DNA of 64,000 nucleotides, from the NCBI GenBank assembly GCA_963824385.1, contig CAWGPD010000004.1, positions 576,001 to 640,000 of the forward strand, in the 5' to 3' direction. A model generated the notes under the pieces. It was not told where the DNA came from. It did no database searches and worked only from the letters and a program-made list of their open reading frames with translations. Shown here one piece after another: positions 54,695 to 64,000 of the stretch. A program made the position numbers and the translations under genes. The first letter of the stretch is position 1. Every line of letters starts with the position of its first letter. This DNA is from an uncultured Nitrososphaerota archaeon (GTDB lineage Archaea > Thermoproteota > Nitrososphaeria > Nitrososphaerales > Nitrosopumilaceae).

Positions 54695-55280
54695 ATCCCA
54701 CTATTCCGTTTTCGTTTACTGACCACACTGCTGGTTTAATCCATAAATTGCCATCATTATCAGCTTCAAAATAAAGAGTTGCCAATACATTTGAGGGAGC
54801 AGCTTGAAGTGAAGCTGGTCCTGCAAAGGCTTTTCCTGTTAACGGATTATACATGCTTCCATGACATGGACATTCCCCTCTTTTTCTACCTTCCTGAGGC
54901 CAGTATTTCCATAAACACCATAAATGTAAACAGACCATACTATATGCACGAAATGCGGTAACATCATCTACATTACCACCAAGTTCATCAGGTAATCGAA
55001 TAAACTGCCATTTTTTAAATGCCTCTTGATCAAGAACACTATCTCCAGTTTTTGGATAGGTAATAACCTCGGAGTGATTTTTGGGAAAAGTCTTGACATT
55101 TGCCTGTGTTCCATCTGGTAGTATAACTTGTGCCTTCTCCAAAGATGCATTTGATGGGTTTGGCATGAATTTACCCCATGGAATAAAAGGTGTAAAAGTC
55201 AAGCCAACACCTGCAGCAGCTAATAATTTAAGAAAATCACGTCGTGATAGAGGATCCTTGTGAGAATCTTGCTCAGACAT
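54672..55280 (-). CDS. Rieske Fe-S subunit of complex III with Tat signal
   Basis: SRRDFLK, CLHLWC, CPCHGS. Confidence 0.93.
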   Translation of the reverse strand: MSEQDSHKDPLSRRDFLKLLAAAGVGLTFTPFIPWGKFMPNPSNASLEKAQVILPDGTQANVKTFPKNHSEVITYPKTGDSVLDQEAFKKWQFIRLPDELGGNVDDVTAFRAYSMVCLHLWCLWKYWPQEGRKRGECPCHGSMYNPLTGKAFAGPASLQAAPSNVLATLYFEADNDGNLWIKPAVWSVNENGIVGYGRFLKT

Positions 55281-55319
55281 TCAAAGCTCCGTTTCGGAAA
55301 AATTGCATATAAACCTTGT

Positions 55320-58300
55320 CTAACTTCTTTGTGAAATTTTTAATTTTTTCCAAGTAAAAATGGTTATTGTTGATGCTATTGCAATTCCTATCACAATTTC
55401 AATCAAAGTTGTAAAATTCTGATCGCTGTTATATTGACTTGAGGATGATGCGCCAAGACCGGAATTGTCTACGGTTAGTACAATATTTGCCATTTTTATA
55501 TTTCCTGCTCTGTCTTGTGCGACAGTCTCAATAATATAATTTCCATTGGCAAGAGACGTGGTATCAAATTGAATACTTTTAACATCGTGGAATGTCTGTT
55601 TAGGAGTTTTTACAGTCAACCAATCTTGTGGTGCAAGATTCAAATCATTTACATCCAAATCAATATTGACCACTCCGGAAACTACAGAATAATTCTTTGG
55701 TGATTGCAGTATAATTTCTGGCGGAGTATTGTCTACTACAAATTTGAATTCTTTAGATATACTATGCCCAACAGTATCGGTTATTACAAATTTAAGATCA
55801 TGTTCCCCTTCTGAAAGATTTCGAATATCATTTGTTAGTTTGTTTTGATCAATTATCTGTGCTGTCTCGTTGTCAAGATAGTATTCTTTATCTTCAATAC
55901 TCTGACCAATAATTTTTGGATTGATTACATAATTACTATTTATGAAAAGTGGAATGTCTAGAATCAATTGAGGAGATGATTCTATTGGCAAGAGTGTAGA
56001 GAATTCAGTATCAATTGTGATAGGTTCTGCAATTGATCTTCCACCAAATAATGGTGCATGTATCAATAATGAATAAACTCCAGTTTGGTTTAGAGAAGCA
56101 AATAATACAGTAGATGTTGCGTTTGTATTTTTTTCTGGATAAAATCCACCACCCTCACTAAAGGCTGGACTTGGTCCGAGCCAATCACCAGTTGGCCATC
56201 CTTGAAATTGTCCAAGTACACCAGGTGGACTATTTGTTTGAATAATTCTTCCTTGTGGGTCTATCAAAAATACAGATAGATTAGTATCAGGATCTTTCCA
56301 AGATAGATTCATGGCTACTGAATTAATTGTCTTGTCAGTGACATCAAAATAATATTGTCGCCAATCTCCAGCGTTGTATCTATTTGCCATGTCAAATCCG
56401 CCTCCAATGTAACCATTTCCATATAGTGCATCACCATTTTGTCCTTCTATTACAGTAGGCAAATCTTTTGGTTGTAGTTTTTTCATTACAGCATATGATA
56501 CTGGAACATTAACTGTATGCAAATCATCTTTAAAGTTGATAAAAGCTTGATACAGTCCAGGAGTCACATCTGAAGGAACAATTAGAGTAGCTATAACATT
56601 AGCTGTTCCATGAGGTTCGATCTGAACATTTTTTGAGTCTAACAATACATCGTTCCAAGGTATTTTTTTGTAATAGCTTGCAGTCAAAGTAAAATTAGAA
56701 GATGTTGAATTTTTCTTTGTGTCCCCAGTCCAATAGGAGTATCTAGTAGGCACTGGATAAACTCCAACTAATGGCGTGTGTTTTATCTGTGCTGCAGGTT
56801 CAGAAACTCTAAGTTCTTGCACAGTTCCCCATGCACCACCTCTATTGATTAAAGAGAGATCCTTTGAGGAAGGCACAGAACTATCATTTTTTTTATTCCA
56901 ATCATACAGATACAATGATGAAATCTTCATGTCATCAGCATATGTTTTTGCAGATGAATTCATGAATTGTGAGAACGGAGATGTCAAATCAAGGATCAAT
57001 AGAGAAGCATCGTCTGGAATAGATTTTGTTTTTTCAAAAGAAGATGTAAGGCTGGTATGATTTTCTATTTCTTGTAACGGAATGTAATTTGGTCTATACA
57101 CTCCTGGTTTTTTTATGAATGGATCCTGTAATCGTACTTGAGTTGTTCCATTATAAGTATCAAGTTTTATCAATTCAAGTTTTTGTGGTTGAATATCTAC
57201 TTCCAGAGTATGATTTGTTGGATTTACTATTGTAAAAGTAGCAGATGTGTTATCTCCTGGAAATAATCTACCTCCAAACCAAGATGTTTCAGGCAATGAG
57301 GAATTTGTAAATTCAATATTCTTCAAACCTACAGAAGATGAGTTCATTGTTTGCAATGCAGGTTCCAAGATTTTCTTTATGTTAGAATATGATGCATTAT
57401 TATAAACTTCAAAGACATCATCGTTTCCTAGTACAAAATTAATGGCTCTTGTTATATTTACCAATCCGGAGCCTTGTGAAAAAGGATCATTACCCAAATC
57501 AGTCGCAGTTGACATGAGAATATTTTTTATTGTAAAAGAATTGTAAGTGATGTTGTTATCTTTTAGACTCTCCATAAGAATAGCTGCAGAACCTGCCACT
57601 AGAGGTGCTGCCAAGCTTAGTTCCTCCAAACAGTCCATATTTACCAGTACTATTTTTACTAATTTGTGACACCGATGTAGGAGTATAGCTATACTCTCCT
57701 ACGGCCATTAGATCTGGTTTAGGATCTCCTATTAGAGATGGGCCTTTACTGGAAAAGCCAGATACCTCACCATAATGAGAAGTATTGTTACCAAATCTTG
57801 GCTGATTCTTGAATGGACCATAACCAACAAAAACATTGTCAGTCACTGCTCCCACCGTTATACCAAATGGTGCAGCATCAGGAGTTCCCATAGTTCCATA
57901 ACCAGGTCCTGCATTTCCAGCACTACTAACTGTCAATATTCCAGGATAATTTACATCAAGAGAATGAGGAACTGAAAGTGCGCCAAGTAAAAGTGATTGT
58001 ACATCAAGTCCTGGAACTGATTGAAGTGCAGGAAAAGTCGATATCCCCCAACTGTTTGACAATATATCCACTCTATGATTTCCTGTGTATTTCCATTGAT
58101 TTTTTTCTTGGTCAAATCCTGCTGCCCAGAGCCAACCGTAAATTGCATCACCTAACCAAAGTGCCTTAATTGGAACAATTTTTGCACCAGGAGCAACTCC
58201 CCTTATATGATATTTGATAGATGTACCATACACGTCATAACTTTCTTTTCCAGCTGATACAATAGAACCAGCAGTTCCTGTTCCATGGCCTCCAAAATCA

Positions 58301-59574
58301 TACATCACTCCAAAGAAATTTCCATGAGGATCAAGTGGAGGAAGAAGTGTACCGTTGATTGCCCCTAAATTTTTGTTAAGTAAAGACGGTTTTGCAATAA
58401 CTCCATATACATCCAAAACATGTGCTCCAACTGTTCCTGCACTATAGTCTGATTTTCCATTATGTTTTGAATCATACACAAGATACTCATTACCGCCACC
58501 TAAAGTAATGGGCTTTTCATTGGTAAAATCAAAATCATATTTTGGTAAAATAGGATTATCGAATTTTACAAAGTCTTTCCAAGAATCTGACATGTCTGCA
58601 ATTATAGTATCATACAAACCTGGAATGTTTGAGTCAACGACAAGAACTGGCACCGTTTGCAGTCTAAATAATTCACCATAAGAGATATTCTCATATATCA
58701 TACCAAAATGGTAAACACCACTTTTTGAAACAATAAAGTGTTTTGGATCTTTTCCTATCTTATAATCATCAAAGACAGTTCCATTTAAGATAGTATTACC
58801 ACCTTTTGGGTATAGAGAGTTATAGACTTGAACATATGTTCCCTTACCTTTTTTGTTCAGATCAAGAAATACTCCTTTTGAAGTAACATAAACAGAAGAT
58901 GCTACATTTTTTGGAATAGATTTGGTATAATTTTGCATTATTCCATGACTATCTATATTTGCAACAAATGTTGTATTTGTTAATACAATTCCTTGACCAT
59001 CTGCATCAATCATCACTGGAATGTTGTTCCCATCACGAGCTACAGAATTCTTCATATCAGGATTTGAAAAATCAGTCCCAGTATCCACTATTCCAATATT
59101 GATGCCATTTCCCGAATATCCATAACTTTGGAAAACTTTGTCAGAGCCTAGAATTTGATCAATTCTTGAAACTTCAGCTATTGGAAGATCAGGTTTTAGT
59201 GAGTCAAATTCTAATGGTAAATCCTCAATTACATCATATCCATTTAATTTTAAATTGGAGACTTGATCCTGATTAAAAAAACCCATGGCAAAAGATCCAT
59301 GACCCAAGTCTGCCCCATAAGTCACATGGCTGACTTGTGATATAATGTCTGTAACAGAACCAGAGCCAAAAACTATGTATCGTTTAATTGGATTTTGATC
59401 CACAGATGGTTGAAAGTTTATGAGATCTGAGACTTGATTTACAGTAACATCTGTTGTAATTTTTGGAAGATCTACATCGTATGAACCAATTGCCGATTTT
59501 GGAAAGAGAGAAAATAACAAAATACAAATCAAAAAAAACCCTGTTTTTGAAATGATGCTTTTGTTTTTTAGCAT
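55320..59574 (-). CDS. Large membrane-anchored S8 (subtilisin-like) serine protease (frameshift ~57617)
   Basis: IVDTG, GHGTGTAG, SAGNAG, KPDL; removing one A restores GGTSLAAP; C-terminal TM helix plus basic tail. Confidence 0.92.
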
Positions 59575-59579
59575 GGAGT

Positions 59580-60566
59580 CTAACGTCGCCTAGCAAGAAT
59601 TGTTATTTGTAGTGCTATAATTATCGCTATAAGAGCAACAACAGGAAGAAATAATGAATTAAATTGTCCGGATGCTTCCTCAATATTTTGAACTGAATCG
59701 GACATTGTTGATACACTTTTGTTTAGGTTCTGGTTTGCCTGAATTATAGATCGTTGTCCGGTATCTAGAACAGTACCAAATCCTTGGATCTCAGTTTTGA
59801 GTATATCAAGTTCTTGTGAAGTAGAATTAAGAACAGAATTTAATTTCAATATTTGATTAGAAATTCCCTCTATGTTTTGCTTAAGAACTTGGGTAGCAGC
59901 TGAGCCATGAGAGACAGTTCCCTGATCAAAGTATACTATATGAAAAACATATGTTCCCTCTTGTGTAGGAGTATAATCTACAAAATAGAGACCCTGGTGA
60001 AGAGTCATTAAAGAATTTGCAAGACTTTCTACAGCACCAGATGGAAGATGAACATGTGAGGTAGCCAGTATTTTCGACGGATCACCTGCTACTAACAATC
60101 CGTCACTTGTGACTTGAACAAAAACTCGAAATGTTTGGTTAATTGCAGCAGTCTGAGGTGCAAATACTACAACATTTACAACTCTTTGAATAGGAATTTG
60201 TTCTAATGCTGATGATGGAGCAAATTTTACATCGACTTTTTGAGATTGCCCTTGCTCCTTTGAAGCAATTGCCTCAACAGTATAAGTCCCATATGCATAT
60301 GTCGAAGTAGCATTTGGCCATTTGATTAGTATGTGTTCAAAGTTTCCATCAGAATCAGCCGTGATCTGATCAAATTGTGATATAGTACCATCAGGTGCAA
60401 AAAGTCTTATTATAATTGGCTCACTTGGCAGACCGGTTCCATAAACTAGAAGTGGTTGACCTTCCGAGTAAACTTGTCTATCAGTAGACATTTGTAAAGC
60501 ATAAGCAGAGGTTAAGAGATTACCTAAAACGATAAAAACTATGAACATAGTTATTAGTAGTTTCAA
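59580..60566 (-). CDS. Secreted, C-terminally anchored protein with beta domains and a coiled-coil stalk
   Basis: Signal peptide, STDRQVYSEGQ domain, heptad-like helix, TM helix + RRR. Confidence 0.75.
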   Translation of the reverse strand: MKLLITMFIVFIVLGNLLTSAYALQMSTDRQVYSEGQPLLVYGTGLPSEPIIIRLFAPDGTISQFDQITADSDGNFEHILIKWPNATSTYAYGTYTVEAIASKEQGQSQKVDVKFAPSSALEQIPIQRVVNVVVFAPQTAAINQTFRVFVQVTSDGLLVAGDPSKILATSHVHLPSGAVESLANSLMTLHQGLYFVDYTPTQEGTYVFHIVYFDQGTVSHGSAATQVLKQNIEGISNQILKLNSVLNSTSQELDILKTEIQGFGTVLDTGQRSIIQANQNLNKSVSTMSDSVQNIEEASGQFNSLFLPVVALIAIIIALQITILARRR

Positions 60567-60660
60567 TCTATTGATAATTTCGTTAACCCATAGATATTGG
60601 TTCTGTTATTGTAAATGTAGACTTGAAAAAGAATTAACGAAATATGTAATGATGAGAACT

Positions 60661-61293
60661 TTATTCCTGCTGGTATCTTTCTGAATTCATAGAATTTATT
60701 GCAACCATTGAAAAGATTGATTGTTCGTTTTTTAGTATTGTCAAAGATGCGTTTCTTATTATCATTTCATATAATGATTCAGGGCTAGGTTGAAGAATAG
60801 TCGATATTATGGATTTTATAGGATCCATGTGCGTAACAAGTAAAATAGTTTCTTCATTGTGTTTTTTTGTACAATGATCAACCATGTCCAAAATTCGTTT
60901 TTTTACATTTGAAAATGTCTCTATTCCATTATTTTCAACTACTGGATGACCTTGATAGAACTTTAAGAAAACATTTCCATGTTTTTCAAACATTTCATCA
61001 TAATGCATTCCGGTAAATGTACCCATATCTATTTCCGTTAATCTTTCATCAACATCACATCTCAAATTCACCTTGTTTGCAACTATTCTAGCAGTCTGCT
61101 CTGCTCTCTCTATAGGACTACAATATATCTTTGAAATACTGAGAGGTTTAAGAAAATCTCCTATTTTTTCAGCCTGTTGAGTGCCTAATTCTGTAAGTGG
61201 AAATCCTTTTGTGCGTCCAGCTAGAATCCTCTCAACATTATTTTTAGCTTGACCATGTCGTAGAAAAAGAAATAATGTCAATAACGATTGCAT
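60661..61293 (-). CDS. Histidine phosphatase (phosphoglycerate mutase-like)
   Basis: LRHGQ, SPIERAEQTA, LTEIDMG, VTH. Confidence 0.9.
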   Translation of the reverse strand: MQSLLTLFLFLRHGQAKNNVERILAGRTKGFPLTELGTQQAEKIGDFLKPLSISKIYCSPIERAEQTARIVANKVNLRCDVDERLTEIDMGTFTGMHYDEMFEKHGNVFLKFYQGHPVVENNGIETFSNVKKRILDMVDHCTKKHNEETILLVTHMDPIKSIISTILQPSPESLYEMIIRNASLTILKNEQSIFSMVAINSMNSERYQQE

Positions 61294-61336
61294 TTATTGA
61301 ATAAAGATAATAATAACATTACCTGTTCAGAATTTC

Positions 61337-62009
61337 GTGAAGATTGGAATAATTGGCGGAACTGGCGGAATGGGTAAGGGATTTGCCTTAAGATGGTGTG
61401 AAAATCATGATATCATAATAGGGTTCAAGAGAAGCTACCAAGGCAGAAGAAGCTGCTAAAGAATATTCAAATCTTGCACAAAAAGAATATGGCTCTTTCA
61501 ATGGCAAGATCACTGGAAAAGACAATACTACAGTTGCAAAAGAAAGCGATGTTCTAGTTTTATCAATCCCATATGAAAATATTGATGCAATATGTTCTCA
61601 ACTTTTACCTAATGTGAGAGATGATTGTACAGTAATATCACCAATAGTTCCCTTGACAAAGACTGATGCTGGTTTTGAATTCATTTCGTTTAAAGACAAA
61701 AAACCATCAGCGTTTGAGTTGGTACAAAAACATATGAAAAATAAATCAAAGTTAGTATCTGCATTTCATACCATATCAGAGAAAAAACTGATTGATCCTA
61801 AACTCTTACTGGATTCAGACATTTTTGTTTGCGGAGATTCTGACGATTCAATAAATATAGTACGTCAGTTAATAACAGAGATAAAAAATCTTAGACCCAT
61901 AATATTAGGACCAGGTTCTTTGTCATATCTAGCTGAAGTAGCAACTCCCATTCTTCTTAACGCAATGATAAAGAATAAGATGAAGAATCCGGGCATAAAG
62001 ATAATCTAG
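61337..62009 (+). CDS. npdG: NADPH-dependent F420 reductase (frameshift ~61420)
   Basis: GTG 61337 MKIGIIGGTGGMGKGFALRW; then GSR, LSIPYE, SPIVP, VSAFHTIS, VCGD. Confidence 0.88.
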
Positions 62010-62031
62010 TTACTATTTTACAAATATAATA

Positions 62032-62256
62032 ATGGGCAAAGTTAGAAGAAAAAATTGGTTTACAGCAATGGGTATATTGTTTCTTGTTGTAACTGTAATT
62101 CCCATAGTAAGAGATTTGCTTATTTGGGGGCCAGAATTTACTTCTGACTTTTTTACATCCTCAGACATAACAAGTGAAAAGATATCAATAGGCATATTAG
62201 GAATTGCTGGATTTCTTATTGTTTTAGGATTAAGGGGGGAAAATTATGAAGAGTAA
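62032..62256 (+). CDS. Small two-TM membrane protein
   Basis: Two hydrophobic helices; overlaps the next gene. Confidence 0.65.
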   Translation: MGKVRRKNWFTAMGILFLVVTVIPIVRDLLIWGPEFTSDFFTSSDITSEKISIGILGIAGFLIVLGLRGENYEE

Positions 62257-62644
62257 GGAATTTCTCAAATCACAGAAGATTTTACGTCTTGCTTCAATAG
62301 ATCCCTCCGGAAATCCTCACATCGTTCCTGTCTGGTACATGTATGATAATGACAAATTCTATGTAGGAACCAATACAAAGACAAGAAAAGCAAAGAATAT
62401 CAAAAAGAATGCAAAGGTCTCATTTTGTATCGACGTTGGAATAAAGTCACCAGATATTGTTGGAATGATGGGAATTGGAAGAGCTAGATTAATTTTGAAA
62501 ACAGATAGAGTTGAACAATTAGCAGAAAAAATTCTACTTCGTTATTTTAAAACTCTAAAAAATCAGTCTGCCCAGCAACTCCTACACCAAACTGATTGCA
62601 TCATTGAAATTATTCCCAAAAAGATTACAAATTGGAAATATTAG
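62246..62644 (+). CDS. Pyridoxamine-5'-phosphate oxidase-like split-barrel flavin/F420 protein
   Basis: RLASIDPSGNPHIVPVWY, KAKNIKKNAKVSFCID. Confidence 0.88.
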   Translation: MKSKEFLKSQKILRLASIDPSGNPHIVPVWYMYDNDKFYVGTNTKTRKAKNIKKNAKVSFCIDVGIKSPDIVGMMGIGRARLILKTDRVEQLAEKILLRYFKTLKNQSAQQLLHQTDCIIEIIPKKITNWKY

Positions 62645-63813
62645 GTAACAAATTTTTCGATTTTGTTCAACGCCTCTTCTAAAAGGGGGATTTCTGGCAA
62701 GAAAACCATTCTAAAGTGACCTGTACCATATTGAGTTCCAAATCCAGATCCATGAACTGTCAAAATACCAGTTGTCTTCAATAATTGTATTACAAATTCC
62801 TTGTCAGAACTATACTTGTTATCTTCAATCTTTGGAAATGCGTAAAAAGCTCCTTTTGGATTTGAACAACTAATACTAGGCATGTCATTTAATCTCTTGA
62901 TGGTATAATCCCGTCTTTTTTTAAGTTCAGAGACAAATTTTGTTACATAATCTTGTGGTCCTTTGAGTGATTCTAATGCAGCATATTGTACAGGTAAATT
63001 GGTAGCAATTCTTACTCTAGATAACTTGGGTACATTCTCTCTTAGTAATTCTAGTTTTTTTGATTGATTAAATGCAATATACCCTATTCGCCAGCCAGAC
63101 ATCAGATGAACTTTGGAAAATCCATTTAACAAAATTACAGGAGAATCACCACTAACTTTTCCTATACCTGTGAATTTTTCGTCAAAGACTATTTGATCAT
63201 ATATCTCGTCACAGATGATATAGAGATCATGCTCATTGGCCAAATCAACCAAATCTTTTAGAGATTTCTCACTAAATACAACACCGGTGGGATTATTTGG
63301 GCTGATAAGACATATGGCAACAGTTTTAGATGTAATTTTTGATCTGATATCATCTAGATCAGGAGTAGAGTTGTGTAGATCTACCAAGAATTCAATTGGT
63401 TTTCCTCCAAATAATCGGACATATGATGCATAAGGAGGATAGTATGGACCAGGAATTAGTACCTCATCGCCTTGTTCCACAATGGATGCCATGATCATCT
63501 CAAGGCCTTCAGAGACTCCATTTGTTACTAGTACATCATCTTCTAAAACTCTAAGACCCTTTACTGCCTCTTTTTTTGATATTGCTTCACGTAATTCGGG
63601 TAAACCTTCTGAAGACGCATAATAATTTTGACCATCCTTTACAGCTTTGATTAGTGCTTCTTTAACTCTGTCAGGAGGCTGAAATCCATACTGGAGCGGA
63701 TCACCTATGTTAAGATAGGTAATTTTCTTGCCTTGTTTTTGTAGTTTCCTAGCTTCTAGTGCAATATCCCGTATTGCATATTCTACTCCTGCTACTCTTT
63801 GTGATATCTTCAA
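62641..63813 (-). CDS. Class I/II PLP aminotransferase (alanine aminotransferase-like)
   Basis: EYAIRD, LNIGDP, SPNNPTG, DEIYD, GFSKVHLMSGWRIG. Confidence 0.92.
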   Translation of the reverse strand: MKISQRVAGVEYAIRDIALEARKLQKQGKKITYLNIGDPLQYGFQPPDRVKEALIKAVKDGQNYYASSEGLPELREAISKKEAVKGLRVLEDDVLVTNGVSEGLEMIMASIVEQGDEVLIPGPYYPPYASYVRLFGGKPIEFLVDLHNSTPDLDDIRSKITSKTVAICLISPNNPTGVVFSEKSLKDLVDLANEHDLYIICDEIYDQIVFDEKFTGIGKVSGDSPVILLNGFSKVHLMSGWRIGYIAFNQSKKLELLRENVPKLSRVRIATNLPVQYAALESLKGPQDYVTKFVSELKKRRDYTIKRLNDMPSISCSNPKGAFYAFPKIEDNKYSSDKEFVIQLLKTTGILTVHGSGFGTQYGTGHFRMVFLPEIPLLEEALNKIEKFVT

Positions 63814-63856
63814 TTACCTAGACAGATATTTAGCCCCGTTAAATTCTTACTTGATC

Positions 63857-63931
63857 GGACCCGTTGCATAGCCCGGATAGTGCGGATGGCTTCGGACCAT
63901 CAGGTCGTGGGTTCGAATCCCACCGGGCCCT
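63857..63931 (+). tRNA. tRNA-Arg(TCG)
   Basis: GGACCCG...GATGG-CTTCGGA-CCATC...GTGGG-TTCGAAT-CCCAC-CGGGCCC. Confidence 0.92.
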
Positions 63932-64000
63932 TGATATTATAAATAGATAGACTTTGTTACACATTATAATTATGAGACTTCCGATTTCTTTATTTTATAT

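Noticed and set aside
25190..62009. Programmed frameshifting, split genes or mass pseudogenisation
   Set aside because: Breaks hit essential genes at arbitrary positions with no common slippery motif; sequencing error is simpler

Overview
AT-rich archaeal chromosome segment from an ammonia-oxidising thaumarchaeote (Nitrososphaerota). The gene set points there: PEFG-CTERM proteins, an AOA-type S-layer paralogue, a Rieske/cyt b/blue-copper complex III and type-1 IDI. A Nitrosotalea-like lineage is my guess, not established. Most of the window is core genome: rpoB/rpoH, rps13/rps4, glmS, rpoN-eno-rps2-MEMO-mvk-ipk-idi-GGPPS-gltX, taw1, KEOPS genes, tgtA, complex III and four intron-less tRNAs. 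About 20 genes, several essential, carry single-base frameshifts; these are most likely uncorrected long-read indel errors, so split ORFs are merged here. The most unusual region is 2.6-9.1 kb, a tandem array of six diverged PEFG-CTERM surface-protein genes. They end in a nucleotide-identical 102-bp anchor cassette (two alleles) and share other perfectly identical blocks in mosaic fashion, suggesting ongoing gene conversion or module shuffling. Also notable: a larB/larC/larE nickel-pincer divergon with embedded mdh and a coupled cysteine desulfurase but no larA, a probable GDGT ring synthase, and an AAA+/VWA pair beside the S-layer paralogue. No CRISPR array, integrase, transposase or reverse transcriptase was seen. 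All family assignments are by motif recognition; no searches were run.
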